IMG/VR virus record: IMGVR_UViG_3300027282_000088
Coordinates: 1 to 64,000 of that record
DNA length: 64,000 bases
Strand: one strand, 5' to 3'
From: a virus
Lineage: Duplodnaviria; Caudoviricetes
Shown here: in pieces, positions 9,949 to 19,602 of the stretch
Layout of the letters: each line of letters starts with the position of its first letter
Position numbering within the stretch: position 1 is the stretch's first letter
Translations under genes and position numbers: made by a program
Notes under the pieces: generated by a model
Database searches by the model: none
The model's input: only the letters and a program-made list of their open reading frames with translations
Told to the model about the DNA's origin: nothing

Positions 9949-10145
9949 ACGCCCCCGAACTCAACCGCTGGAGCCCCGATGAGATGCTGCGCCTCGCGGC
10001 CTCGGGCGTGGCCAAGGTGGACCTCCTTGGTCCGCGCGGCAGCACACTCTGCTCGATGGACGAGATCGCCGCCATGGCCGCCGTCTGCGCACTGCATGGC
10101 GTGGGTCCGCGCCTGCTTTCAACACCCCCTTCAACAGGAGAGTAA
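9945..10145 (+). CDS. Hypothetical protein
   Basis: Near-identical to 48941-49141. Confidence 0.65.
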   Translation: MNAPELNRWSPDEMLRLAASGVAKVDLLGPRGSTLCSMDEIAAMAAVCALHGVGPRLLSTPPSTGE

Positions 10146-10146
10146 A

Positions 10147-10797
10147 ATGTCTGAATTCACCCCTCATCACATCCCGGACGGACGCCGCGAGATCGACGGC
10201 AATATCTATATGGGCGACGGCCGGGGCGGCTGGCAGCCTCTGGAAACGGTCAAGCCGCAGCATCTGCTCGAGGATGAAACCGTGCGCAAGATCGTCAGCT
10301 ACGGCCTGCCGCTGTCCGAACAGGTCAAGCGCTTTAAGGCACACACTTTCGACGACATCAGCGCCTTCGAGGCGATCCTTGCTCAAGAATACGACGCAAG
10401 GATTGGCGGCAAGAAGGGCAACAAGACGCTGATGAGCATCGACCAGCTCTACAAGGTCGAGGTGCGCGTGTCCGACCGGATTGATTTTGGCCCCGAATTG
10501 CAGACGGCAAAGCAGCTCTTCGACGAGTGTCTGAACGAGTGGTCCGCAGAGGCGCGCGCCGAGTTGCGTGGCCTTGTGACCGATGCCTTCAACACTGACA
10601 AGCAGGGCCAGATCAACCGCGCTCTGATCTTCATGCTCCTGCGCCGTGACAGCACCGATGCACGCTGGAAACGTGGGCAGGACGCAATCCGCGACGCGAT
10701 GCGCACCGTCGGCTCAAAGACCTACGTGCGCTGCTGGCACAGGGCGGCACATGATGCGTCATGGGAGCCGATCACCATCGATCTGGCGAAGGTCTGA
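10147..10797 (+). CDS. DUF3164 family protein
   Basis: GGKKGNKTL, FGPELQ, AFNTDKQG motifs typical of transposable phages. Confidence 0.82.
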   Translation: MSEFTPHHIPDGRREIDGNIYMGDGRGGWQPLETVKPQHLLEDETVRKIVSYGLPLSEQVKRFKAHTFDDISAFEAILAQEYDARIGGKKGNKTLMSIDQLYKVEVRVSDRIDFGPELQTAKQLFDECLNEWSAEARAELRGLVTDAFNTDKQGQINRALIFMLLRRDSTDARWKRGQDAIRDAMRTVGSKTYVRCWHRAAHDASWEPITIDLAKV

Positions 10798-10801
10798 GGG
10801 A

Positions 10802-11254
10802 ATGAACCGCGCGCTGCAACAACTGATCTTCGCGGCTTGCCGCCAGTTGGGGCTCGACGAGGACGCGCGCCGCGATTTGCAGGTCAGCGTCACCGGCAAG
10901 GTCAGCTTGCGCGACATGAACGACGGCGAGCTGCGGTTGATCGTTAACCGGCTGAAGCAGGCCGGGTTCGAGGACAAGCCCCACAACCCGCGCCACAAGC
11001 CCGCACCGCGCGCCGATCTGCGCATGATCCATGTACTCTGGCGCAAGCTCGGCCAGTCGGGCGCGTTGCGCGACCCCTCCCGCGCCGGGCTCAACAAGTT
11101 CATCCGCGCTCGGTTCGGAGGCGTCTGGGGATCGGTCCCGGCCGACGTCGACATGCTGCGCGAGTGGAAGCTGATCGACGACGTGATCCAAGCGCTCAAG
11201 TCTTGGGGTGAGCGCGCCCAGATCGACTTTGACTGGGAGGATCACCGCCGGTGA
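10802..11254 (+). CDS. GemA/gp16-like (DUF1018) protein
   Basis: LGLDEDARRD...TGKVSLRDM motif. Confidence 0.8.
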   Translation: MNRALQQLIFAACRQLGLDEDARRDLQVSVTGKVSLRDMNDGELRLIVNRLKQAGFEDKPHNPRHKPAPRADLRMIHVLWRKLGQSGALRDPSRAGLNKFIRARFGGVWGSVPADVDMLREWKLIDDVIQALKSWGERAQIDFDWEDHRR

Positions 11255-11502
11255 AAAAGCCCCGCCACCCCGCCTCTGACCATGCCGTGATCCGCTATCT
11301 CGAGCGGGTCAAGGGCATGGATATCGACGCGGTGCGCCGCGAGATCGGGCGCGTGGTGGATCAAGGTCTCGAGGCCGGAGCCTGCGGCGTGATCAGCGGC
11401 GGGTTCGTCTACAGGATCGAGGGCGGCTGCGTCGTGACCATCACCCGGCGGCACACCCAGCCCCCGGGGCGGCGGCGCAGGAAGGCCCCCCATGGAGCGT
11501 GA
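11251..11502 (+). CDS. Hypothetical protein
   Basis: SDHAVIRYLERV motif; homologue at 51142-51393. Confidence 0.65.
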   Translation: MKKPRHPASDHAVIRYLERVKGMDIDAVRREIGRVVDQGLEAGACGVISGGFVYRIEGGCVVTITRRHTQPPGRRRRKAPHGA

Positions 11503-11881
11503 ACCCTCTTGGATTGACGAGATGCGCGCCGATCTGGGCGACACCCCGGTCGAGCGGTTCCTGTCGCGCGTAGGCGGTATGCGGCTTTATGTGCCTGGCA
11601 CCCGCCTTGCCGACAGCCTCCTAGTGACGCTGGCGGGTCGGGATATTGCCAGATGGATTTCCGCCCGCTACGCTGGCGAATATCTGGACGTGCCCTCGGG
11701 CCGCGCTCAGGCCCGGGAGGGGCTCAAACAAGCCCTGCGCGAGGCCCCGGATACGCCGGTTAATGAACTGGCCAACCGTTTCGGCGTCACCGCCCGCCGC
11801 GTCTTGCAGGTCAAGGCGGAGCTGGCAGAGGAGGAAGAACCACCCCTCCTCAAGGTCATGCGAAAGGCTTCATCTGAATAA
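11492..11881 (+). CDS. Mor/C-family transcription activator
   Basis: GGMRLYVP motif, C-terminal HTH; immediately upstream of lysis genes as Mu C. Confidence 0.78.
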   Translation: MEREPSWIDEMRADLGDTPVERFLSRVGGMRLYVPGTRLADSLLVTLAGRDIARWISARYAGEYLDVPSGRAQAREGLKQALREAPDTPVNELANRFGVTARRVLQVKAELAEEEEPPLLKVMRKASSE

Positions 11882-11903
11882 GCTTTGCGGCCCCCTTTAT
11901 CCT
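11861..11903 (+). promoter_or_regulatory. Putative late (lysis) promoter, prophage 1
   Basis: CGAAAGGCTTCA-TCTGA, then 25 nt from the dyad end to TATCCT; same geometry at three other sites. Confidence 0.65.
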
Positions 11904-11923
11904 GACGGGAAAGGGGGGCACCC

Positions 11924-12535
11924 ATGCAAACAGTCCGAACCATTGCCGAAGAGATTGTTGCCCGCGAGGGCGGCTTTGTGAATGACCCGGCCGATCCCGG
12001 TGGGGCCACCAATTTTGGCGTCACGATCCACACCATGCGCAGCCTCGGTCTTGATCTCGACCGGGATGGCGACGTGGACGTGGCCGATGTTCGCCTTATG
12101 ACCCGCGCCCGCGCCGTCGATATTTTCATCGAGCATTATTTCGTGCGGCCACGCATCGCGGAACTGCCCGAGGCGCTGCAGGCGAGCGTGTTCGACATGC
12201 AGGTCAACGCCGGGTCCAATTCCGTGAAAATCCTGCAGCTCCTTGTGACAGAGATGGGCTTTCCCGCCACTGCCGACGGCGCAATCGGACCGGCGACCCT
12301 GCGCGCGGTGCAGGCCGCCCATGACGCGGCCCCCGCCCATATCGCCGACGCCTACGCGATTGCCCGGCGCAACTACTATTTCCGCCTCGCCGATGCGCGG
12401 CCCGCAAGCCGCAAGTTCGCGCGCGCCCGCGCAGGCGGCAAAGGCGGCTGGATCAGGCGCGCCGAGGAATTCATGGCAGCGCGCTACCGCATGTCCGACG
12501 CAGATTTCAAACAAAGGGTGGTATCATGGGGCTGA
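11924..12535 (+). CDS. Endolysin, glycoside hydrolase family 108 with PG-binding domain
   Basis: EGGFVNDPADPGGATNFGVT motif. Confidence 0.9.
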   Translation: MQTVRTIAEEIVAREGGFVNDPADPGGATNFGVTIHTMRSLGLDLDRDGDVDVADVRLMTRARAVDIFIEHYFVRPRIAELPEALQASVFDMQVNAGSNSVKILQLLVTEMGFPATADGAIGPATLRAVQAAHDAAPAHIADAYAIARRNYYFRLADARPASRKFARARAGGKGGWIRRAEEFMAARYRMSDADFKQRVVSWG

Positions 12536-13098
12536 TCCGATTACTGGGCGCGCTCTTTGGTGGCGGGCGCAATGTCATTGCCGAGACGGCGGAGGTCTTT
12601 CGACCCAATGCCGAGGCGGCGGATGCGCGCGAGGCGTCCTTTCAGCAAGCTGCCCTTTCGCAGATGGCTGCGGAGTTCGGCCATGGCAACAACTGGTGGT
12701 CAGCGCTGATCGACGGGCTCAACCGCCTGCCGCGCCCGGCCATGGCTTTTGGCTGCATCTTTCTCTTCTGGTCGGCCATGTCGGACCCGATCTGGTTTGC
12801 CGAGCGCATGCAGGGCCTCGCCCTGGTCCCGGAACCGCTCTGGGCGCTGATGGGTGCCATTGTCGCGTTCTACTTCGGCGCGCGCGAGCTGCACAAGTTT
12901 CGGGGCGTCTCGATGCAGAAAGAGGCCGTCCGGATCATCGCACAGGCCCCCAAAGTGGCAAGCAACATCGCCCAGTTGCGGGCGCTGCGGGCGGATAGCC
13001 CGGGCGCGGCCGATACGGGACCGGACGCCGAGGTAGCGCTGGCTGCTGTCGCTACAAGCGACAATCTGGCGATTGATGACTGGAAGCGCGCGGCATGA
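12526..13098 (+). CDS. Holin (GTA 3TM-holin-like)
   Basis: NRLPRP motif plus hydrophobic helices; follows endolysin. Confidence 0.78.
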   Translation: MGLIRLLGALFGGGRNVIAETAEVFRPNAEAADAREASFQQAALSQMAAEFGHGNNWWSALIDGLNRLPRPAMAFGCIFLFWSAMSDPIWFAERMQGLALVPEPLWALMGAIVAFYFGARELHKFRGVSMQKEAVRIIAQAPKVASNIAQLRALRADSPGAADTGPDAEVALAAVATSDNLAIDDWKRAA

Positions 13099-13439
13099 TG
13101 GACTGGGATCTCTTCTGGAAGGCCTCGGGTGTCATCTTACCAGTGATTGTGGCCATCTACACCTTCATCGCCACCCGTCGCAAAGACCTCGATCAAAGGC
13201 TGGAGGCGGGACACGAGCGTATGGACCGGCACGAGGCGCGGATCTCGCGGCTTGAGCAGTCGGTCCAGAACATGCCGGGCAAGGATGACATGCACTCGCT
13301 GCAGCTCGAACTCGTCAGACAGACCGGATCAATGGAGAAGATGGCGGCTGTCATGGAGGGCAACGCCATGATCACCGCGCGGCTAGAGGCCATCGTGTCA
13401 CGGCACGAACAACACCTGCTAAACGGAGGCAAGACGTGA
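13095..13439 (+). CDS. DUF2730-like membrane-anchored coiled-coil protein
   Basis: N-terminal TM helix then coiled coil; conserved position before terminase. Confidence 0.65.
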   Translation: MMDWDLFWKASGVILPVIVAIYTFIATRRKDLDQRLEAGHERMDRHEARISRLEQSVQNMPGKDDMHSLQLELVRQTGSMEKMAAVMEGNAMITARLEAIVSRHEQHLLNGGKT

Positions 13440-13738
13440 GCGATTATCAGGCAACCTTGCGCAAACACCGCCGCCTCGCAATCCTGCGGCATCTCGAACA
13501 GGTCTCGGGCTACACCGCCAATGCCTCGATCCTGCGCGACGTCCTCAATGGCGTGGGCGTGGGTTCAACCTTTGACCAGGTGACCACCGAACTGGCATGG
13601 CTGCAGGAGGTGGGCATGGTCACCGTCGCCGATCATGGCGACTTTGTCATTGCCGAGGCCACACGGCGCGGCATCGAGGTCGCGCGCGGCGAGGCGGTGC
13701 ATCCGGAGATCCAGCGCCCAAGCGCACGGAGGCTCTGA
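13436..13738 (+). CDS. Winged-helix protein (Mu gp26-like position)
   Basis: RRLAILRHL...ELAWLQEVG...ATRRGIEVARG. Confidence 0.7.
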   Translation: MSDYQATLRKHRRLAILRHLEQVSGYTANASILRDVLNGVGVGSTFDQVTTELAWLQEVGMVTVADHGDFVIAEATRRGIEVARGEAVHPEIQRPSARRL

Positions 13739-13739
13739 C

Positions 13740-14309
13740 ATGCCCCCACCCCGCAAGGTCGAGCTGCTCCCCGCCGAGCTTCGCCAGTGGCTGCACGACT
13801 GGTGGAAGGCGAAAGGGTTTCACGGCTATGAGGAACTTGCCGAGGAGTTGAACTTTCGCCTCGCCGAAGACGGGCTCGAGCTGCGCATCGGCAAGAGCGC
13901 GCTGCATGCCTATGGGCAGGAATACGAGCAATTCGTCAAGCTGCAGGACGAGGCCGGAGCCTGGGCGCAACAATGGCTGGCCGACAATGACCTCTCCGAG
14001 GAAGCCGACCGTCACCGCGTCCTCTTCCAGATGATGACCAGCGTGGCCTTCAAGGTCCTGAAATCGCAGATGAGCAAGGAGGGCGAGGATATCGACCCAC
14101 GCGAGCTGCACTTTCTGGGCAAGATGATGAAGGACATCATGTCGAGCGCTGGCATCCGCGAGCAGCTGATGGTCAAGGAACGCGCCCGCATCGCGGCCGA
14201 GGAACGCGCCAATGCCGTCGAAGCATTGGACAGTGCCCGCGATGAGCTGGGACTATCGAGCGACGTCATCGGCAAGCTGCGTCGCGAGTTTCTGGGGGTG
14301 CGCGCGTGA
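13740..14309 (+). CDS. Terminase small subunit (DUF3486 / Mu gp27-like)
   Basis: MPPPRKVELLP start, IGKSALHAYG motif. Confidence 0.82.
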   Translation: MPPPRKVELLPAELRQWLHDWWKAKGFHGYEELAEELNFRLAEDGLELRIGKSALHAYGQEYEQFVKLQDEAGAWAQQWLADNDLSEEADRHRVLFQMMTSVAFKVLKSQMSKEGEDIDPRELHFLGKMMKDIMSSAGIREQLMVKERARIAAEERANAVEALDSARDELGLSSDVIGKLRREFLGVRA

Positions 14310-15955
14310 CAGAGCCGGTCCTCACCCGCGACCCCGACGCCCTGCCCGAAGAACTGCCGCGCGGCTCGGAGATCCCCGAGAGCCTCGATCCGCTGGCCGA
14401 CGGCATTCTGATGGCCCATCAACGCAGCTGGCTTGCGGATGAGAGCGACCTCAAGGTCTGCGAAAAGGGCCGACGCACCGGCATCACCTTTGCCGAGATG
14501 CTGGGCTGCGCGCTCATTGCCGCCGCCGCGCGTGGTGCGGGCGGGCAGAACTGTTTTTACATCGGCGACACCAAGGACAAGGGTCGCGAGGCCATCGGCT
14601 ATGTCGCGCATTTCGCGCGGGTGATTGCCGGAGCAGCACACCCCATCGAGGAGTTTCTTTTTGAGGATCAACAGCCCGATGGCACCACTAAGTTCATCAA
14701 CGCCTACCGGGTGCGCTTTGCCTCCGGGTTCCGCGTAGAGGCGCTGAGTTCCAACCCGGCCAATATCCGAGGCCTTCAGGGTACCGTGGTGATCGACGAG
14801 GCGGCCTTCCACAAGGACGTGCGCGAGGTGATCGATGCGGTGAACGCCATGCTGATCTGGGGCGGCAAGGTCCGGATCATCTCGACCCACAACGGCTATC
14901 TCAACGCCTTCAACGAATTGATCCGCGAGGCGCGCTCGGGCAAGAACGGCTTTAAGGTCCACCGCTACACCTTCGGCGATGCGGTCGCCAACGGGCTCTA
15001 TAAACGCGTCTGCATGATGCAGGGCAAGGCGTGGGGCGCGGAGGCCGAGGCGGAGTGGGAGGGCACGATCCGGCGCTCCTACGGGGCGCGCGAAGCCGCC
15101 ATGCGTCAGGAACTCGATGCCGAACCCGCCGAGATGCAGGGCGCGGCACTGACGCGCGTCCAGATCGAGGCCTGCATGGCGCAGGGCATCCCGTTCCATC
15201 GCTGGACGCAGCCCGACAGTTTCAAGAATGCCGACGAGGCGGTGCGCAAGGCCGCCGCCGTTACCTGGTGCAAAACCCACCTTGAACCCGTGCTTGAAAC
15301 CCTCGATCGAACCCGGCCGCATTTCATGGGCGAGGACTTTGCGCGCTCGGGTGACGCGACCGACATCATCATTCTCGAGCAGGGCGTCGATCTCACCCGG
15401 CGCACCAAGCTCATCGTCGAGCTGCGCAACATCCCCTTCGATCAGCAGCGCGACGTGCTCTTCTGGTTGCTCGACCGGCTGCCCAATTTCCAAAAAGGCG
15501 CGATGGACCGCACCGGCAACGGGGCCTATCTCGCCGAGGTCGCGGCCCAACGCTACGGCGCGCGGATCGTCGAGGTGGCCTTCACGCGGCAATGGTACGA
15601 GCTCGAGATGCCGCCTTATATCGAGGCCTTCTCGGATCGCACCATCGTTCTGCCCGCGCATGAGGACGTGCTGCGCGACCATCAGGCGCTGCAATACACC
15701 AACGGCATCATCCGCGTGCCTGAGAATTTCCGCTTCAAAGGATCGGACGGGCTCGACCGGCACGGCGACAGCGCCATCGCAGGCGCGCTCGCCTGGTATG
15801 CGAGCAATCAGGACGTGGTGCCGATGGAGTTTCAATCGACCGGACGGCGCACCGCCCTGACGGCCGAAGACTTTATCAGCCCGATGGGCGGACGGCGCAT
15901 GGGCTTTGCCAGAGGCGGCGGGGGCTTGGATTTTGGAGGGTTCTCGGATGGCTAG
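14306..15955 (+). CDS. Terminase large subunit (Mu gp28-like)
   Basis: EKGRRTGIT, VVIDEAAFH, GEDFARSGD, HGDSAIA. Confidence 0.93.
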   Translation: MTEPVLTRDPDALPEELPRGSEIPESLDPLADGILMAHQRSWLADESDLKVCEKGRRTGITFAEMLGCALIAAAARGAGGQNCFYIGDTKDKGREAIGYVAHFARVIAGAAHPIEEFLFEDQQPDGTTKFINAYRVRFASGFRVEALSSNPANIRGLQGTVVIDEAAFHKDVREVIDAVNAMLIWGGKVRIISTHNGYLNAFNELIREARSGKNGFKVHRYTFGDAVANGLYKRVCMMQGKAWGAEAEAEWEGTIRRSYGAREAAMRQELDAEPAEMQGAALTRVQIEACMAQGIPFHRWTQPDSFKNADEAVRKAAAVTWCKTHLEPVLETLDRTRPHFMGEDFARSGDATDIIILEQGVDLTRRTKLIVELRNIPFDQQRDVLFWLLDRLPNFQKGAMDRTGNGAYLAEVAAQRYGARIVEVAFTRQWYELEMPPYIEAFSDRTIVLPAHEDVLRDHQALQYTNGIIRVPENFRFKGSDGLDRHGDSAIAGALAWYASNQDVVPMEFQSTGRRTALTAEDFISPMGGRRMGFARGGGGLDFGGFSDG

Positions 15956-17441
15956 AAAAACCGGCACAATGCGGCTGCGCTCGGTTCGGCTGCGCAACCC
16001 GATGGAGCTGTCGGGCATCCAGCACGGGCGCGACATCACCCGACCATGGATCGGCCCGCTGCTGGAGCCGACGGACCCGATCCTGCGCACGCGCGGCGGC
16101 GGCAGTTTCGACATCTACAAGCCGATCCTGACCGACCCGCAGGTCAAATCAGTGATGACGCAGCGCATCTCGGCCGTGACCAGCCGGGAATGGGAAGTGG
16201 TGCCGGGCGAGGAAACGGCGGCGGGCAAACGCGCGGCCGACTGGCTGCGCGACGAGCTTTCGGCCATGAAATTCGACCGCCTGACCGAGAAGATGCTCTG
16301 GGGCCTCTTCTATGGCTATTCCGTCGCCGAACAGATGTTTCGCCGCGACGGGCAGCTTTGGGGCTGGGAGGAAATCCGCGTGCGCGACCGGGTGCGGTTT
16401 CGCTTTGATGAGGAGTGCGGCCTGCGCCTGCTGACCATGTCCAACATGCTCACAGGCGAGGAAATGCCACCCGAGAAGTTCTGGGTCTTCTCGACCGGCG
16501 CGGATCACGACGACGAACCTTACGGCTTAGGCCTCGCGCATTGGCTCTACTGGCCGGTCTGGTTCAAACGCAACGGGCTGAAGCTCTGGCTGATCGCCCT
16601 CGACAAATTCGGCATGCCGACCGCACGCGGCAAATACCCGTCGCAAGCCACTGAGGCCGAGCAAAAGAAACTGCTAGAGGCCGTCATGGCCATACGCTCA
16701 GAGGCCGGGATCATCATTCCCGAGGGCATGGATATTGAGCTTTTGTCAGCGCCCTCGGGGGCAAGTTCGCTGGATTACCAGAAACTGCACGACACGATGG
16801 ATGCCGCCATCTCGAAGATCGTGCTGTCCCAGACCATGACCACCGACAATGGCTCCAGTCGGTCGCAAGCCGAGGTGCATGACGACGTGGGCGACGCCGT
16901 CAAGAAATCCGACGCGGATCTCGTGTGCCAATCCTTCAACGAAGGGCCGGTGGCGCGGCTTTGCGGTTTCAACTTCCCCGGTGTCGCGCCGCCAAGGGTG
17001 TGGCGCAAGATGGAGGACCCGGAGGATACAACCGCCGCCGTCGACCGCGATGAAAAGCTGCATCGGATCGGCTGGCAGATGACCGAAGACCGCGTCAAGG
17101 AAATCTACGGCGACGGCTATGAGCGCGCCACGCCCCCGGAGAACACACCGCCAGACGAGGACACGCCCGAGGCCGGTTTCGCCGAACATGACGGCGCGCT
17201 CGACGGCCCTGTGGGCGATCTGGCAGACCGGTTGGCGAACGAGGCGTCGGTGCCGATGCTGGCGATGCTCGAACAAATCGAGGCGATGCTGGAGACGTCG
17301 ACCAGCCTTGCGGAGTTCCGCGAGCGGCTGCTGGCCGGGTTTCCGGACCTGGACGATGCAGCACTCCGCGACGTGATCGCGTCGGCCCTCACGGCGGCGC
17401 ATGCCGGAGGCCGCGCCGCGTTGGAGGAAGATAGTGGCTGA
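15948..17441 (+). CDS. Portal protein (DUF935 / Mu gp29-like)
   Basis: LDKFGMP, KIVLSQTMTT motifs. Confidence 0.92.
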   Translation: MARKTGTMRLRSVRLRNPMELSGIQHGRDITRPWIGPLLEPTDPILRTRGGGSFDIYKPILTDPQVKSVMTQRISAVTSREWEVVPGEETAAGKRAADWLRDELSAMKFDRLTEKMLWGLFYGYSVAEQMFRRDGQLWGWEEIRVRDRVRFRFDEECGLRLLTMSNMLTGEEMPPEKFWVFSTGADHDDEPYGLGLAHWLYWPVWFKRNGLKLWLIALDKFGMPTARGKYPSQATEAEQKKLLEAVMAIRSEAGIIIPEGMDIELLSAPSGASSLDYQKLHDTMDAAISKIVLSQTMTTDNGSSRSQAEVHDDVGDAVKKSDADLVCQSFNEGPVARLCGFNFPGVAPPRVWRKMEDPEDTTAAVDRDEKLHRIGWQMTEDRVKEIYGDGYERATPPENTPPDEDTPEAGFAEHDGALDGPVGDLADRLANEASVPMLAMLEQIEAMLETSTSLAEFRERLLAGFPDLDDAALRDVIASALTAAHAGGRAALEEDSG

Positions 17442-18693
17442 TCTCGGCGCGACGTTTCGCCGTCCCTTCCGCGAGCAGATCGCCGCCTTTCGCCTGCGCC
17501 TGGGCGATCTCGTGCCGACGGCGCGGTGGGATGACATCACCCTCGCCCAGCACGACCGGGCTTTCATGGTGGCAGGGGCACAGAAGGCCGACCTCTTGGC
17601 GGATCTGGCGGCCTCTGTTGATAAGGCCATCTCGCAGGGCACGTCTCTGGAAGAGTTCCGCCGCGATTTTCGCGCCACCGTCACCCGACGCGGCTGGCAC
17701 GGCTGGACCGGCGAAGGCAGCACGCGCGGCGAGGCATGGCGCACGCGGGTGATCTACCGCACCAACATCGCGACCAGCTACGCGGCCGGGCGGATGGCGC
17801 AGCTCATCGAGGGCAATTTTGCGTTCTGGGTCTACCAGCACGGCGGCTCAACTGAGCCGCGCCTGATCCATCTTGGCTGGGACGGGCTGGTCTTGCCACC
17901 TGATCACCCGTTCTGGATCACGCATGGCCCGCCCAACGGCTGGGGCTGCAGCTGCTACGTGATCGGCGCGCGCTCTGAGGACGGCGCACGTCGTCGCGGC
18001 GGCGACCCGGACAAGCGCCTGCCCGACGACTGGCAATCCCGGGATCCGCGCACCGGCGCGCCGAAAGGGATCGACAAGGGCTGGGATTACACGCCCGGGG
18101 CCAGCACCGTGGACGAAATTCGCACGATGGCGGCCAAGGTCGTCGATTGGCGGTATAACCTCGCGGTGGCCTACATGGCCAGCCTCCCGGACCGGACCCG
18201 CGATCTTCTGGTCGAAGGATACCGAGGCCTGCCGTCATTGGCTGACAATATCCGGCGCTACGCAGCGCGCGTCGAGACCGCGAACACCCAAGCCGCACGG
18301 AAGACCATTTCCGAGCGGGAGCCGATCCAGTCCCTCGGGTTGATGACTACCACTCAGGCCCGGCTCAACCGCGAGGGTGCGCGGCGCGATCTAGACCGCT
18401 ACGACGTGGCCGTTGACGCGGATTCCATCCGTCATATTTTTGCACGCCACGGGAACCCAGAGCGCGAGGCCTCCCGTGGGCAGATAGCGGTCACCCCGGA
18501 AGACTTGGGACGGTTGCCCGAGATATTCCAGCGCCCAGACAGCTTTGAATGGACGGATGCCCGTAGCGTGCAGTCTCGGGTCTTGCGTCTGACTAAGACT
18601 ATCGGCGCACGGCGCTATGTCGCGCATTTCGTCGCGCGACCGCGACGCCAGCGGCTCGTACTCTTGACCTATTGGGTGGAAAATATCGGCTGA
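17434..18693 (+). CDS. MuF minor head protein with C-terminal PBECR-like nuclease domain
   Basis: MuF PPNGWGCSC motif; C-terminus SIRHIFARHG...RGQIAVTPEDLGRLPEIFQRPD. Confidence 0.82.
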   Translation: MADLGATFRRPFREQIAAFRLRLGDLVPTARWDDITLAQHDRAFMVAGAQKADLLADLAASVDKAISQGTSLEEFRRDFRATVTRRGWHGWTGEGSTRGEAWRTRVIYRTNIATSYAAGRMAQLIEGNFAFWVYQHGGSTEPRLIHLGWDGLVLPPDHPFWITHGPPNGWGCSCYVIGARSEDGARRRGGDPDKRLPDDWQSRDPRTGAPKGIDKGWDYTPGASTVDEIRTMAAKVVDWRYNLAVAYMASLPDRTRDLLVEGYRGLPSLADNIRRYAARVETANTQAARKTISEREPIQSLGLMTTTQARLNREGARRDLDRYDVAVDADSIRHIFARHGNPEREASRGQIAVTPEDLGRLPEIFQRPDSFEWTDARSVQSRVLRLTKTIGARRYVAHFVARPRRQRLVLLTYWVENIG

Positions 18694-18772
18694 CCCCTCC
18701 CGTACGCCCAGACGCGTTCCCGCAACCTGAATGCGGTGGGTGGATGCACAGCCGACAGAAAGGAGAATAGCC

Positions 18773-19288
18773 ATGATCACCGTCGAAATCAATGAAGAGG
18801 AAATCACCCAAGCGCTCGCCCGCGTGTCCGCTGCCCTCACCGACATGACCCCTTTGATGCAGGATATCGGCGAACTGATGGTCAATAGCACGCGGGAGAA
18901 CTTCAAAGACGGCACCGATCCGGATGGCAATCCTTGGGCACCCAAGAGCCCGGCCACGCTCGAGGCGTACCGGCGGCGGGGCGACGGCCAGCCCACCCGG
19001 CCCCTGATCGGCCCCTCGCGCATCCTGTCGACCACAATCAATGCCGAGCCATCGGCGGACCGGGTCGCATGGGGTTCGAACGTCATTCAGGCCGCCGTGA
19101 TGCAGTTCGGAGCCGAGGCCGGGGCGTTCGGCGCGCGCGCCGGGCGGGACAAGAATGGGCGCGAATTCATGATATCGATCCCGTGGGGAGACATTCCCGC
19201 ACGTCCCTATCTCGGGGTCGGCGATGAGGACGCCGACTCCATCGTCGCCACCATCGAAGAGTATTTGGACAGTGCCGCCGGACAGTGA
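18773..19288 (+). CDS. Virion morphogenesis protein (Mu gpG-like)
   Basis: DPDGNPWAP, AAVMQFG, IPARPYLG motifs. Confidence 0.88.
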   Translation: MITVEINEEEITQALARVSAALTDMTPLMQDIGELMVNSTRENFKDGTDPDGNPWAPKSPATLEAYRRRGDGQPTRPLIGPSRILSTTINAEPSADRVAWGSNVIQAAVMQFGAEAGAFGARAGRDKNGREFMISIPWGDIPARPYLGVGDEDADSIVATIEEYLDSAAGQ

Positions 19289-19553
19289 TTTGCACCCCGC
19301 TTCAGGGCTAACAGGGCCAAATTTCTCTGAGAGCGGGGCCTGCAACCCGGCCTTTGTCCCGCAATGGCCTCTGAGCGCCTCATTAAATACCCCTTTAATA
19401 CCCCCCTCGGGGATTTTGCGACCCAACCCCCGCCAGAGGTATGAGCGCACTCAGTGGGGCGTTCAGTGGCCTTGTGCATTCCGGGCTTGCCGCGCCCACC
19501 CCTCGGGCGCTACTCTGATCCAAGGCGGCCTCTGCACCAGGACCGCTTTCCCC

Positions 19554-19596
19554 TGAAGTCCTTCATCTGATCTGGCCCGTCGCCCCGGCTTAATGT
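19554..19596 (+). promoter_or_regulatory. Putative late (head) promoter, prophage 1
   Basis: TGAAGTCCTTCA dyad, TCTGA, 25 nt to TAATGT. Confidence 0.65.
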
Positions 19597-19602
19597 CGGG
19601 TC

